From the human T2T-CHM13v2.0 reference genome, Homo sapiens, in assembly GCF_009914755.1 (NCBI RefSeq), contig NC_060928.1: a stretch of 64,000 nt of DNA. The stretch is one strand, 5' to 3'. The notes beneath the pieces were generated by a model. It worked only from the letters and a program-made list of their open reading frames with translations, did not search any database and was not told where the DNA came from. Within the stretch, counting starts at the first letter, position 1. Every line of letters starts with the position of its first letter. The position numbers and the translations under genes were made by a program. Below, piece after piece: positions 41,401 to 59,251 of the stretch.

Positions 41401-42061
41401 AATTTAGTAAAATAGAAGTTATGCTCTTGTGAATAATGTTTATTTATAATAGTACAAGGTTGAGTGCAGTTGTTGAGAGATTGGTATATCGAAACTTTGG
41501 AAGAGAAAACTATAATGTAGCCTCCAGTGTTTAGGTTGTCATGGACAATGCAGGCTTTAATCTGGAAAAGTATGGACATTTTAGTTTGTGGAATGAGAAA
41601 AGATGCCAAGACCAGACTGAAAAGAAGTTGCTTAAAAAGTTAAAATGAAGGGCTAATTTGCTTGAATAAGAAGGAATTAGTGGGAAATAAGCATGGAAAG
41701 AAAAATCTAGTATCAGATTTGGAGGACTTTAAATACTTTCATAATAGAATAATTTTTATATTCCAGACTTAGCTAGTAAAATTGGTTTCTATCCTGTAAA
41801 CCCTGAAGATTCTAAAAGACCTGAGGAATGCAGTGTTTTGGAAAGGTTAATATCTGCGGTGTATTGGTGGGAAAGACAATAGAGGCAAGAAAACTAAAAT
41901 AGTGAAAACATGTAGTTACAATTAGGACATATATGGAAAGCAGTAGAAATGTTGAAAAGGGGCGAGTGTTAAAGATATATTCAAGGAATATTTATCCTCC
42001 ACTCAGCAAGACAATTTCCTTCAAGTCCTCATCTAAAATTTTTTCTTTTATGTTCTGCGGT

Positions 42062-42556
42062 TGTGATAGATTAAAGATGTCTGCAAAGTCTTTGCTGCAT
42101 CTGCCATTGAGAAGTACAGTTTAGTTCCCCTCTCCCTGAGTGTTGGCTGAGTTTTGTAAGCCTTGCTTGAACAACAGAATGCAGTACAAGTGATATTTTG
42201 AGACTTCTGATATTATAGATCATAGGTCAAAAAGGACACACGGTTTCTGGCCTGTCTGCTTGGAACACTTGCTCTAGACACCTGGCTGCCATAGGAGAGG
42301 CCAACGTGAAAAGGAACCAACGCCCCAGACGATAGCCCCAGCAGGGCTCTTACCCAGCAGCCTGCACCGTGGAAGTGAGCCACCTTGGAAGTGAATTCTC
42401 CAGACCTGTAGAGCTACACCAGCTCATTCCATGAGAAGCAGAAATGAGCTGCCCAGCTGAGTCCTTCCCAAATTCTGGCACACAAGATTGTAAACAAGAC
42501 TATTTTAAATTCTCAAATTTTGAATGCAGTTTGTTATGCAGTAATAGATAATCAGA
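42062..42556 (+). mobile_element. MaLR solo LTR (MLT1G/H-like)
   Basis: tgtgatagattaaagatgtctgcaaa...aacagaatgcagtacaagtgat...gtgagccaccttggaagtgaattctccag...tttgttatgcagtaatagataa. Confidence 0.85.
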
Positions 42557-44913
42557 GAAGGAGTAGAGAATAGTATATAAAGTCAACACAGAACCAAAAA
42601 AGAAGATCAAATTTTAGGTGACATGTTTTGTTTCCAATTATTATTATTGAAACATTAAATCCTTCCTAAGTGTAAGTGATCCAGATGAAATGAAAGTAAT
42701 TGGAAAAGTCTTGACTGTGTTATGAGGCCTTAGAGAAAATAAAATCCCTTTAACACATGATTCCCGAAGCACAAAATAAAATATATTCAAAATGTTATGG
42801 CATTGAAATCCATGAGTGTCCTTTCTTTCCTTTCTCACTGAAATTTATTAGAAGATAATAATCTGTGCATTACCTATTGATGGTTTTTCAGAGCTATTTT
42901 CTCCTCCTTTGATATGTAGTATGAATTTATTTATTTATTTATTTTTAAGATCTACTCTTCTACTAAATTTCAAGTATACAATGTATTATTATTAAACTGT
43001 AGTTACTATGATGTAAATTAGATCTCTAGAACTTATTCATCTTGCAACTGAAAGCTTTTACACTTTGACCAACACCTCCCCATTTCCACCACCCCCAGCC
43101 TCCGGCTACCACTATTCTATTCTGTTTCTCTAAGTTCAACTATTTTTAGATCCCACTTAATTTATACCATACAATATTTGTCTCTCCATGTCTGGCTTAT
43201 TTCCCTTAGCATAACCTCCTCCGAGTTCATCTGCCTTGTAGCAAATGGCAGGATTTTCTTATTTTTAAAGGCTAAATTGTACTCTATTGTATAGATATAC
43301 ATGACATATTCTTTATCCATTCATCTGTCAATAGACATTTTGGTTGTTTCCGTATCTTGGCGACTATGAATAATGCAGCAATGAACATAGGAATGCACAT
43401 ACCTCTTTAACATATGGATTTTATTTTCTTTGAACATATACATAAGTGAGACTGCTAGATCGTATAGTAGTTCTAGTTCTAATTTTTGAGGAACTTCAAA
43501 ATGCCATTTTTCATAATGGCTATACCAATTTACATTTGCATCAATAGTGTGCAAAAGTTCTCTTATATCCACCCCTCACCAACACATTATCTCTTCTCTT
43601 TTTGACAAAGACCAAACTAACAGGTGTAAGAAAATATATCTTTGTAGTTTTGATTTGTATTTCTTGTATGATTAGCGATGTCCAGCACCCTTTCATACAC
43701 CTCATGGCCATTTGGTCAGGCGAACGTGGTAACAGCTACACTATGGAAACCTACTGTTGGCCATTTTATATGTCTTCTTTGGAAAATGTCTGTTCAGGCC
43801 TTTTGCCGATTTTTAAATCAAGTTATTGTTTATTTTTTGCTATTAAGTTGTATGAGTTCCTTATATATTTTGGCTATAACTCCTTATCAGATATATAGTT
43901 TCCAAATATTTTTCCCAATCCATTGATCTTTTATCTTGTTGACTGTATTATTTGCTGTGCAGGAAGCTTAATTGCTATATTTTTGTCTTGCATTTACAGT
44001 TTCATGTCCTACATTTAAGCCTTTAGTGCATTTTGAGTTGTTTTCTGTGTATGGCTTAAGATAAGATTCTAATTTAATTCTTTTTTATATGAATAGCCAA
44101 TTTTCCCAATATCGTTTATTGAAGAGACTATCCTTTTTCCATTGTATATTTTTGGCATCCTTGTTGAAGACTAGCTGACTGGATATAGGTGAGTTTATTT
44201 CTGGGCTCTCTGCTCTGTTCCATTGGTCTATATGTCTGTTTTTATACCAGCATCATACTGTTTTGATTACTATAACTCTGTAATGTGCTGTTGACTCTTG
44301 AAGAACATATGTTTGAGTTGCACAAGTCCACTTATACGTGAGTTTTTTTCAATAAAATTTACACCAAGCATGAATGCCTCTCCTGTCTCCCCTTCCACCT
44401 CCTCCACCTCTTCTGTCTCTTGCCACCCCAAGACATTAAGAACAACCTTTCCTCCTCCTTAGCCTACTGAACATGAAGACAACAAAGATGAAGGTCTTTC
44501 TGATGATCCACTTTTACTTAATGAATAGAAAATATATTTTCTCTTCCTTATGATTTTTTAAAGATAACTTTCTTTTCTCTTGTTTACTTATTATAAGAAT
44601 AAAGTATATAAATACATATATAAAACATGCATTAAGCAACTCTTTTTATGAGTAAGGCTTCTGGTCAACAGTGGGCTATTAGTAGTTAAATTTTTTTGTT
44701 ATTATTATCATTATACTTGAAGTTCTAGGGTACATGTGCACAACGTGCAGGTTTGTTACATATGTATAGATGCGCCATGTTGGTGTGCTGCACCCATTAA
44801 CTCGTCATTTACATTAGGTATATCTCCTAATGTTTTCCCTCCCCCCTTTCCCCACCCCACGACAGGCCCTGGTGTGTGATGTTCCCCTTCCTGTGTCCAA
44901 GTATTCTCATTGT

Positions 44914-48697
<3,784 letters not shown>

Positions 48698-48756
48698 TAT
48701 GATGTTAGCTGGTTATTTTGCTCATTAGTTGATGCAGTTTCTTGCATCAATGGTCT

Positions 48757-49773
48757 TTACAATTTGGCATGTTTTTGCAGTGGCTGGTACCGGTTTTTCC
48801 TTTCCATGTTTAGTGTTTCCTTGAGAAGCTCTTGTAATGCAGGCCTGGTGGTGACAAAATCTCTCAGCATTTGCTTATCTGTAAAGTATTTTATTTCTCC
48901 TTCACTTATGAAGCTTAGTTTAGCTGGATATGAAATTCTGGGTTGAAAATTCTTTTCTTTAAGAATGTTGAATATTGTCCCCCAGTCTCTTCTGGCTTGT
49001 AGAGTTTCTGCCGAGAGATCCGCTGTTAGTCTGATGGGTTTCTCTTTATGGGTAACCCGACTTTTCTCTCTGGCTGCCCTTAACATTTTTTCCTTCATTT
49101 CAACTTTGGTGAATCTGACAATTATGTGTTTTGGAGTTGCTCTTCTTGAGGAGTATCTTTATGGCATTCTCTGTATTTCCTGAATTTGAATGTTGGCCTG
49201 CATTGCTAGGTTGGGGAAGTTCTCCTGGATCATACCCTGAAGAGTGTTTTCCAAATTGGTTCCATTCTCCCTGTCACTTTCAGGTACACCAATCAGATGT
49301 AGATTTGGTCTTTTCACGTAGTCCCATATTTCTTGGAGGCTTTGTTCGTTTCTTTTTACTCTTTTTTCTCTAAACTTCTCTTCTTGCTTCATTTCATTCA
49401 TTTCATCTTCAATTACTGATACCCTTTCTTCCAGTTGATCGAATCAGCTACTGAAGCTTGTGCATTTGTCACCTAGTTCTCGTGCCATAGTTTTCAGCTC
49501 CATCAGGTCATTTAAGGACTTCTCTACACTGGTTATTCTAGTTAGCCATTCATCTAATATTTTTTCAAGCTTTTTAGCTTCTTTGCGTTGGGTTCGAACT
49601 TCCTCCTTTAGTTCAGAGAAGTTTGATCATCTGAAGCTTTCTTCTCTCAACTCATCAAAGTCATTCTCCTTACAGCTTTGTTCCATTGCTGGTGAGGAGC
49701 TGCATTCCTTTGGAGGGGCAGAGGTGCTCTGATTTTTAGAATTTTCAGCTTTTCTTCTCTATTTTTTCCCCAT
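48757..49773 (-). pseudogene. L1 ORF1, disrupted
   Basis: ATG GGG AAA AAA TAG (stop at codon 5) and a second stop at 49159. Recognisable ORF1p peptides (EIWDYVKRPNL, YPAKLSF, RYQPLQKHAKL). Confidence 0.95.
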
Positions 49774-50795
49774 CTTTGTGGTTTTATCTACCTTTGGTCT
49801 TTGATGATGGTGACATACAGATGGGGTTTTGGTGTGGATGTCCTTTCTGCTTGTAAGTTTTCCCTCTAACAGTCAGGACCCTCAGCTGCAGGTCTGTTGG
49901 AGTTTGTTGGAGGTCCACTCCAGACCCTGTTTGCCTGGGTATCAGCAGCAGAGGCTGCAGAACTGCGAATATTGCTGAACAGCAAATGTTCCTGCCTGAT
50001 CGTTCTTCTGGAAGCTTTGTCTCAGAGGTGTACCCAGCTGTGTGAGGTGTCAGTCTGCCTCTATTCGGGGGGGCAGTGCCTCCCAGTTAGGCTACTTGGG
50101 GGTCAGGGACCCACTTGAGGAGGCAGTCTGTCCATTCTTAGATCTCAAGCTTCATGCTTGGAGAACCACTACCCTCTTCAAAGCTGTCAGACAGGGACAT
50201 TTAAGTTTGCAGAGGTTTTTACTGCCTTTTGTTGGGCTATGCCCTGCCCCCAGAGGTGGAGTCCACAGAGGCAGGCAGGCCTCCTTGAGCTATGGTGGGC
50301 TCCACCCAGTTCGAGCTTCCTGGCTGCTTTGTTTACCTACTCAATCCTCAGCAATGGCGGTCACCCCTCCCCCAGCCTCGCTGCCACCTTGCAGTTCAAT
50401 CTCTGACTGCTATGCTAGCAATGAGCAAGGCTCTGTGGGCGTGGGACCCTCTGAGCCAGGCACGGGATATAATCTCCTGGTGTGCCGTTTGCAAAGACCC
50501 TTGGAAAAGCGCAGTATTAAGGTGGGAGTGACCCGATTTTCCAGGTGCCATCTGTCACCCCTTCCCTTGGGTAGGAAAGGGAATTCCCTGACCTCTTGCA
50601 TTTCCCGGGTGAGGCAATGCCTTGCCCTGCTTCGGCTCACACTGGTGGGCTGCACCCACAGTCCAGCCCCCACTGTCTGATGAGCCCCAGGGAGATGAAC
50701 CTCAGTTGGAAATGCAGAAATCACCTGTCTTCTGCATCACTCACGCTGGGAGCTGTAGACTGGAGCTGTTTATATTCAGCCATCTTGGAACCCCC
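49774..50795 (-). promoter_or_regulatory. L1 5' UTR with internal sense and antisense promoters
   Basis: YY1 site CAAGATGGC at the 5' end; colinear with the L1PA 5' UTR; many CpGs decayed. Confidence 0.8.
50354..50680 (+). CDS. L1 antisense ORF0 homologue (open, 108 codons; expression unknown)
   Basis: MAVTPPPASLPPCSSISDCYASNEQGSVGVGPSEPG...VGVTRFSRC matches the ORF0 peptide; start context gcaATGG. Confidence 0.55.
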   Translation: MAVTPPPASLPPCSSISDCYASNEQGSVGVGPSEPGTGYNLLVCRLQRPLEKRSIKVGVTRFSRCHLSPLPLGRKGNSLTSCISRVRQCLALLRLTLVGCTHSPAPTV

Positions 50796-52275
50796 TAGTA
50801 GTTAAATTTTTGAGGAGTCAAAAGTTATATATGGATTTTCAACTGTGCAGGGGAGTCAGCACCCCAATCCTTGTGTTGTTTAGGTGTCAACTGCAGTTTA
50901 AAATCAAGAAGTGTGATACCTCTAGCTTTGTTCTTCCGTCTCAAGATTACTTTAGCTACTTTAATTCTTTTGTGGCTTCACATACATTTTAAGATTGTTT
51001 TCTCTATTTCTGTGAAAAATGTCATTGGTATTTTGACAGTGATTACATCGAGTCTGTAAAGCAGTTTGTGCAGTATCAACATTTCGACAACGTTAATTCT
51101 TTCAATCCATGGACATGGAATATCTTTATTTGTGTTTACTTCAATGTTTTTCATCAATGTTTTAGTTTTCAGTGTACAGGTCTTTTAACTCCTTGGTTAA
51201 ACTTCCGCCTATTTTATTCTTTTCGATTCTATTGTAAATGGGATTGTTTTCTTAATTTCATTTTTAGTCAGTTTGTTGTTAGTGCATAATAAATGCAACT
51301 GATTTCTGTATTCTGTCCCTTTACTGAATTTGTTCAGTAGTTCTAAAAGTTTGGTAGAACTTTTGGGTTTTATGTGTATAAGATATTGTCATCTGCAAAT
51401 AGAGACAATGTTACTTTTACTTTTCAAATTTGGCTGCTTTTTATTTCTTCTTTTTCTTGACTAATTGCTCTGGCTGGACTTTTTCAGCATGATGCTAAAT
51501 AGAAATGGTAAGAGTCACATCTTTGTCTTGTTCCTGATCTTAGAAGAAAAGCTTTCAGCTTTTACTATTGAAGATGGTATTAGCTGTAGGCTTGCCATAG
51601 GTGGCCTTTATTGAGTTGGGGTCCATTCCTTCTATCCCTAATTTGCTGAGAGTTTTTATTCATGAAGTAATATTGAATTTTGCCAAATGTTTTAAAGTTT
51701 TTTCTACATCTATTGGGATGATTACATGATTTTATCCTTTATTCTGTTAACAACATGCATAACCTTTACTGATTTGCATATGTTAAATCATCTTTTCATC
51801 CCGGGGTAAATTCCACTTGACTTTTGTTAATATTTTCTTGAGGATTTTGCGTCTATGTTCATCTGACATATTGGCCTTTAATTTTTTTTTCTTGTAGTGC
51901 TCTTATTTGGCTTTTGTATCAGAATAATGTTGGCCTCATAAAATGAGTTTGAATATGGTCCTTTCTCTTCAATTTTTAAAAAGTTTTAGGTGGTGTTAAT
52001 TTTTTAAATGTTTGGTAGAATTTCCCAGTGAAACCATTTTGTCCTGGGTTTTTCTTTTTTGGGAGGTATTTGATTACTGATTCAGTCTCTTTGTTATAGG
52101 ACTGTTCAGATTTTCCATCTTTTCATGATTCAGTCTTGGTAAGTTGTATGTTTCCAGAAGTTTATCAATTTTTTGGTTAAACAATTTTTTGGCATAAAAA
52201 TTCTCATAGTAGTCTCTTATAATCCCTTGTATTTCTGTGTTATCATTGTAATGTCTCCTTTTATTTATAAATTTA

Positions 52276-52626
<351 letters not shown>

Positions 52627-55550
52627 TTATTCTTGGTTAGTCTAGCTAAAATTTTGTCAATTTTTAAAATCTGGTCGATCAATTTTCATTCATATTTTCT
52701 ATCTTTTTAAATTTCAATTTCATTTACTTCTGCTCTAATCTTTATTATTTACTTCTTTCTGTTAACTTTGGGCTTAGTATGATCTTCTTCTTCTGGTTCC
52801 TTGAGGTGTAAAGTATAATTGTTTATTTAAGATATTTCTTTTTCTTACTGTAAACATTTATCACTATAGACTTCCCTCTTGGACTGCTTATGCTGTTTCT
52901 TATACTTTTTGGCATGTTGTATTTCCATTTTTGTCTTAACATATTTTTTGATTTACCTTTTTCTGCCTTCCTTGACACATTAGTTGTTCAAGAGGTGGTT
53001 GTTTAATTTCCACATATTTCTCCATATTTCAATTGTCTTCCTAGTCTTGACTTCTAGTGGCAGACCACTGTGATTATAAAAGATACTTGATACGATTTCA
53101 ATCTTCTTAAATTTGTTGAGACTTGTTTTGTGACTTAACTTATTTATCCTAATGTTCCATGTTCACTTGAGATGTTTGTTCAGCTGCTGTTGGATATTTA
53201 CATATGTTTTGTATATGTCTGTTAGGTCCATCTGGTCTAAAGTGTAGTTCAAGCTCAATGTTTCATTTTTCTTTTTTTGGTTTTCTGTCTGAGTAATTTA
53301 TCCATTGTTCAAAGTGGTGTGTTGAAGTTTCCTATTATACTTGCATTGCTTTCTATTTCTCTCTTCATTTCTATTATTATTTGTTTTATATATTTAGGTG
53401 CTCCATGGTGGGTACATACTGATTTACAATTGTTTTATCTTCTTGATGGATTGACCTCTTTATAATTATATAATAAGCTTTTTTGTGTCTTGTGACAGTT
53501 TTTGACTTACAGTCTATTTGGGCTGTCATAAGCATAGCTAGCTCTGCTCTGTTTGGGTTTCCATTTACATGGAATATCTTTTTCCATTCCTTCATTTTTA
53601 ACCTGTCAGTATTCTTAAAGCTAAAATGATTGTAAGCAGCATATAGTTGAGTCTCATTTATTTAATCCACTCGGCCGCTCTTGTATTTTGATTTATTCCA
53701 TATACATTTTAAGTAATTATTCATAGGTAAGAACTTATTTCTGCAATTTTGTTAATTATTTTCTAATTATTTTGTAGTTCCTTTGTCCCTTTCTTCATCT
53801 CTTGCTGTCTTCTTTCGTGAATTGATTATTTTTTTGTAGTGGTATACTTTGATTCCTTTCTCTGTATCTTTTGTGCATCTGCTATATAATTTTTTTCCCT
53901 GAGTTTATTGAGTTGTCTGTGTTCTCTTTTATCTTGCTGAGCTTGGTTATAATAATTGTTTTGAATTATTTTCAGTTAATAACAAAGGAATAACATTTCA
54001 TATATCTCCATTTCTTTGGAGTCAGTTACTGAAAAATTATTGTGTTCCTTTGATAATGTCATGTTTTCATTTTTTTCTATGCTTCTAGTGGCTTTGCATT
54101 GATATCTTCACATTTGAAGCAGCAGTCACCTCTTCCTTTTGGGTTGGCTTCAGTGGAAAAAGACTGTCATCTTTGGATGGCCACAAGGGTGCCAACTAAA
54201 TGAGGTGCACCACTTCCATTTCTGGGTTGGGGACAGCAGTGCAGCCGCCTCGCAATTCCATCAATGTCAATGTGAGCAAAGGCTGTGAAGGTCCTTGGCA
54301 ACCAAGGTTGCAGATGTCGGTGGTGGTTGCAGCTGCAAGAGTTGTTGGGGTCCTTGGCAAAGTCTGCTGGGATTTTTCTGTTCTCCTCTCCCTTATGGGA
54401 AATAATTCTAGCTGAGGGAGTCTCTCTTGGTGTTGGATCTGTCGTGCTGATATGCATGCAGCTGTGGTGTTGCTAGAATCCAGGGCATAGACATACTGTG
54501 GCAACAATAGTGCCTGTGTGTGTAGGGTGCAGACATCATAACCAAGGTCCTAGGCGCAGGGGCACTCATGGTGGTAATGGCACCTGGGTTTAGGGTATAG
54601 ATGCTCAGAGTGGCAACAGAGCTGGACATGAGGAACTATTGTGTCACCTAGGGCCTGGAGTGCAGATGCACTTTCTGCAGTGGTGATGCTGGTGTCTGAG
54701 GCAGAGTTTTATGCAGATTATTCATGAAGCTGGGGTTTGGGGTCTTGAGCTACAGGGTGACTTGGCTCCAGGGGTCAGGACTCAGCAGCAGCACAAACCC
54801 AGTTATGATAGGACACAGCCTGGGCCTCAGGGGCACGATACAGTGGCAACACAGCTAAGGAGATGGTAGGTTGCCACCACAAGACAGGCCCAAGGGTTTG
54901 GGACACAGAGCAGTGGCAGTGCAGCCCTAGTGATGGTGAGCCAAAGCCGCAAATTAGAACTCAGGTTGGCAGGGCAACCTCAGTAATGGTTTGTCACAGC
55001 CAAGACTCAGACCCCATAGAATGAGGCACAGAACAGCAGAAACACAGTCCCTGTTTCAGCAAGTCAAAGTAGTGACTTAGAACCCAAGGGGCAGAGAACA
55101 GAATGGTGGCAGCTCCAACTCTGTAGATGTCAAGGAGTTATGGTATCTTGATCCCAAAGGGCAAAGCATATCAGCTAGTGACTCAGGCCCCCTGAGTTAA
55201 TGCTCAGTGCAGCAGCAGGGGATGCAGCAGTGGCTCCTTCTCTGGGACAGCAATGCAGTATGGACTCTGGGAAGCTCTGTGAGCTGGGCTCAGCCTCAGT
55301 GAAGACTGGGGGAATCCTCAGTAGCAAAGGTTGCAGGTTTCTATGGTATTGATGTAGATTGCTGAGGTCCTTCTGCTCCTCTTTTTTTTCACAAGGTGCA
55401 AATCCTCTGAGGGGGGGGTCCCTCTTGGTGTTGATCTGCTCCACTAAGCTAGGGGATGGAGTGAGGCAGGTAAAATGCTTCCTGGACTCTAATATGCAGC
55501 TGGCCCCAGTTTTTTTGCACCCGTGGGTTTCTACTGCTCCTTCCTTATAG

Positions 55551-55894
<344 letters not shown>

Positions 55895-56734
55895 AGTTGT
55901 TTGTATATTTATTTATTTTTTTTTTTGTGGGAGGGAGACAGGCATCATGGCCTCCTAGTCTACCATTTTGCTGATATCACTCAGTATGAGATTATTTAAA
56001 ATTTGAATTTGTTCAATTTACTTGATATCAAATAAATTTGATATGCTCATTTAATAGCTTATTTATGAGTTCCTGCCTTGTTAGAAACATAGCTAATCAC
56101 TACGTTTTTTGTGGATCATCAGTTTATAGCAAGTGAAAATAGTTTATTTCCTATTCTTATCATATGCCTGAGAATAGGGAAGATGATTTAACTTCTCTTA
56201 CCATGAATAATGAGAGAAGAGGTAATACTCTTGAGAGAAATAAACTATAATTTTAGTGATTGTTTTCCTGAGGAATTTGTAAACATTTAACAGCATTGTT
56301 TTTTCTTATGTATTTTCTAACTATTTATTGATTATTTTGCTTTGTTTCATAAAAAATAAAAATGAGAAAAATATTTCTGCAGGCAGATGTTAGAAAGGCA
56401 AATTAACACTTGCTTTTTTACACGGTTTAAATACTAATTGGAAGACAATAGAGTCAAAGAAGTAAGAATTTATGGGTTTGGTGCCAAGAAATGCTTCAAA
56501 ACATAAGTGCAAACACGTTTTTCAGCATGAAAGTAGGGAAGAGAGAAGTAAACTCGTTTACTTCTTCATTTATCTCTTTAAGTCATCAGAAAAGAAGAAA
56601 ACAAATATGAGCTTTCATAATTAATAAGAAATCACATTTAAACAAATTACACTTTCTATTAAAATTATTCTCTGGTAATCTATTCATTAACATCTCACAA
56701 TTTATATATGTAGCTGTTTAGATGATTCAGAAAA

Positions 56735-57115
56735 TACGGTACAAGAGAGGGATGCTACTCTCACAAAATCCTAGAGCAGGATTGCCCTTGGGGCAAAGTA
56801 GCAGATGGAAGCCAAAGGACATCACAGGGACTGTTATTGAAGCTCAGAGTCTTCGAGGAGAGCATTTGGGCTTTGAGCAGACTGTTGGGGAAAGTGTTCA
56901 GGAAAGTAAGAAAAATGTCACTGGATGCTGGAGGAAAGGAGACCTTAGTTATGTACGTAGTGCCAGAATGTTTGGCAGCACTATCACCCGCAGTAACTTG
57001 GACAATAGAAAATGTACTCAATGAATTTTTAGATCTATCTAGGGAGATTTCCAGGTAGTGTGGTGAAGGTACCTTCTGGCCTCTCTATGATAAAATGTGA
57101 GAGGAGAATGGTAAG
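56735..57115 (+). mobile_element. MaLR internal sequence (MLT1-int) fragment
   Basis: ggatgctggaggaaaggagaccttagttatgt...gccagaatgtttggcagcact...atagaaaatgtactcaatgaa...tagggagatttccagg. Confidence 0.75.
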
Positions 57116-58109
57116 TAACACAAAAGACTGCCGCTAAAATATCAGAGTAGGAAACAATGGCTCAGAATGGAAGTAATACTCCATTTGAAATGGTTTTGAA
57201 TTGAGCTATACCCTTGTAAACATTATTTTGAACGTATTTATCCAGGAACCTAAATACCACAAGCATCCAACAAGAGAATCGTTCTAAAAGATTGTAAAAT
57301 ATTAACCCATTTTTCTCAGTACACCATTATAATGAATGATGGTGTATGTTTGTAATGAAGGTCTGAAAGTTGGAAAATAATCAGAGGAGCCGCTGAGCCC
57401 AGGCAAGATGTAGATAAAACAGAATGGCTGACTGGTGTGGCATTAGGAGCTCTGACTGATAACGTGCAAGTTGAGACAGTTCTCGGTTCTTTATATATCA
57501 TAGGCTACAACTACTTTAAACAATAAGGTAAAAAAAGGTATATATGTAATAATCCTAATATGCCTTTTTTTCAATATTTGGAATCTTTAGAGGTAAAACA
57601 TTTAAACTCCAGGTATATCACTAATCATGACAGGACTACTTCAGGTAATCAATATTATATTAAATTTACCATAAACATTTGTTAACACTATTTTGCATTC
57701 TGATGACATGTTTGATTGCTAAATCAAACAAGAAGGAAAAGATAGCCCACATGCACTGAGCAAGAAATGGTTAAGCAGCCAGCTTATGCATACTACAACA
57801 GCTAGGGAAAATCCTTGCTATGACTTAGGAATGAAGGCAAAAACGCGGAGTCTTTTAAAACCTGGATGTTATTACTTTGTTCCCAAATCCAAGATGACCA
57901 TAAAGACACCTCCCCACTACTCCCTCCCCCTCTACAGGAGCTCAGTCTGGGAAGAAGGAAGCCAACCTGAAGGCATTACACAACTGCAGGTTTAAACGGA
58001 AATGTTCAAGATCCAGAAGCCAGTAACATCGAATGTGCAAATTGATTCTTCAGCCTGAAATTATTTTATATAATAATGAATGGAGTAACAAAATTTGGCC
58101 CAAATTTAT

Positions 58110-59040
58110 TTCTGATTCTATAGTTAGTCAGAACCTACTAAGTGGTAGACAGTGAGGAAAACAAAAATTTGAAAAAGTCTGTTTCTGCCCTCAAGATGCT
58201 TACAGGTAGACTTTGTACAACTCCAATACAAGTCAGCCTATGATAGTATAATATTAAAACATAAATATATAACATGAAAGTATAAACATGGCACAAGAAC
58301 ATTGAAAACTCATTCTACTTGGAGGCATGGGCGTTTGGAGTTTCAGAGAAAGCTGAAATGAGAAGGTGGCATTTGAGTGGTTTTAAAAAGCACATAGTAA
58401 TTTGGGAAGAAAGATAATGTGGGAGCAACGTAAGCAAAAAATAAAATAAAATAAAGGTGTGAAAATACATGATAGATTCAAGGAATTATGAGCAGTCTCA
58501 CATTTTGATATGGCTACATAAACGATGGTCATAACCTTTGAAAGCAATTGATAAATATCCTAAACACCATGTTCATAATGAGTTTGGAGTTTGGACTTTT
58601 ATCTGGTGGGCAATGGAAAGTAATAGAAGTATTTTAGGCAAAGTCATGGCATAATCAGATCTGTGTTTGGGGAAAAATCAACTGCACTCTCCAATATGGT
58701 AGTGATGAGCTGCTTGTGGCTATTTAAACCTAAATTTAAGTTAATTAAATTTAAATAAAATCAAAAACGCAGTTCCTAAGTTGTAGTAGCCACAATTTAA
58801 GTGCTCAGGGCAGATATAGAGCATTTTTGTCATTGTAGAAAGTTCTATTAAACAGTGCATATGTAGAGAATGGACCAGCGACATCAGGCATTAGAGGGAA
58901 TAAAACTAATTAAGGGGCGAGTATTTTCACAGTCACCCCAAAAGATAATGAAGCCCTGCTATAGGAGGAGTGGTAATGGGAATAGAAACTAAGTAGACAG
59001 AGGCAAAATCAATTTATAACTTAAAGGTGATTGGGGGCTA
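58110..59040 (-). mobile_element. L2 fragment, interrupted by MER3
   Basis: tctgccctcaagatgcttacag...gagaaggtggcatttgag...ggagtttggacttttatctggtgggcaatgg...ataatcagatctgtgttt. Confidence 0.7.
58682..58858 (-). mobile_element. MER3 (hAT-Charlie)
   Basis: ctgcactctccaatatggtag...gtggctatttaaa...gcagatatagagcattt...agaaagttctattaaacagtgc. Confidence 0.88.
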
Positions 59041-59251
59041 ATAGTGAAATTTAATTCATATGCCTATCCTCTTTAAGAGTACTTATTTAAGAAACAGATA
59101 TAAGATTCAGAACAAAATATTTTCTAAATTACTAAAATAGGGGAATTGGGAAATGTGGCTTTAATCTGGTGTCACAATCATATTTTTAATACCTATATTC
59201 TAATTCTATATTTTGGAAGCTGCAAGAAAAAAAATTGCAAATCTAGGGGAG

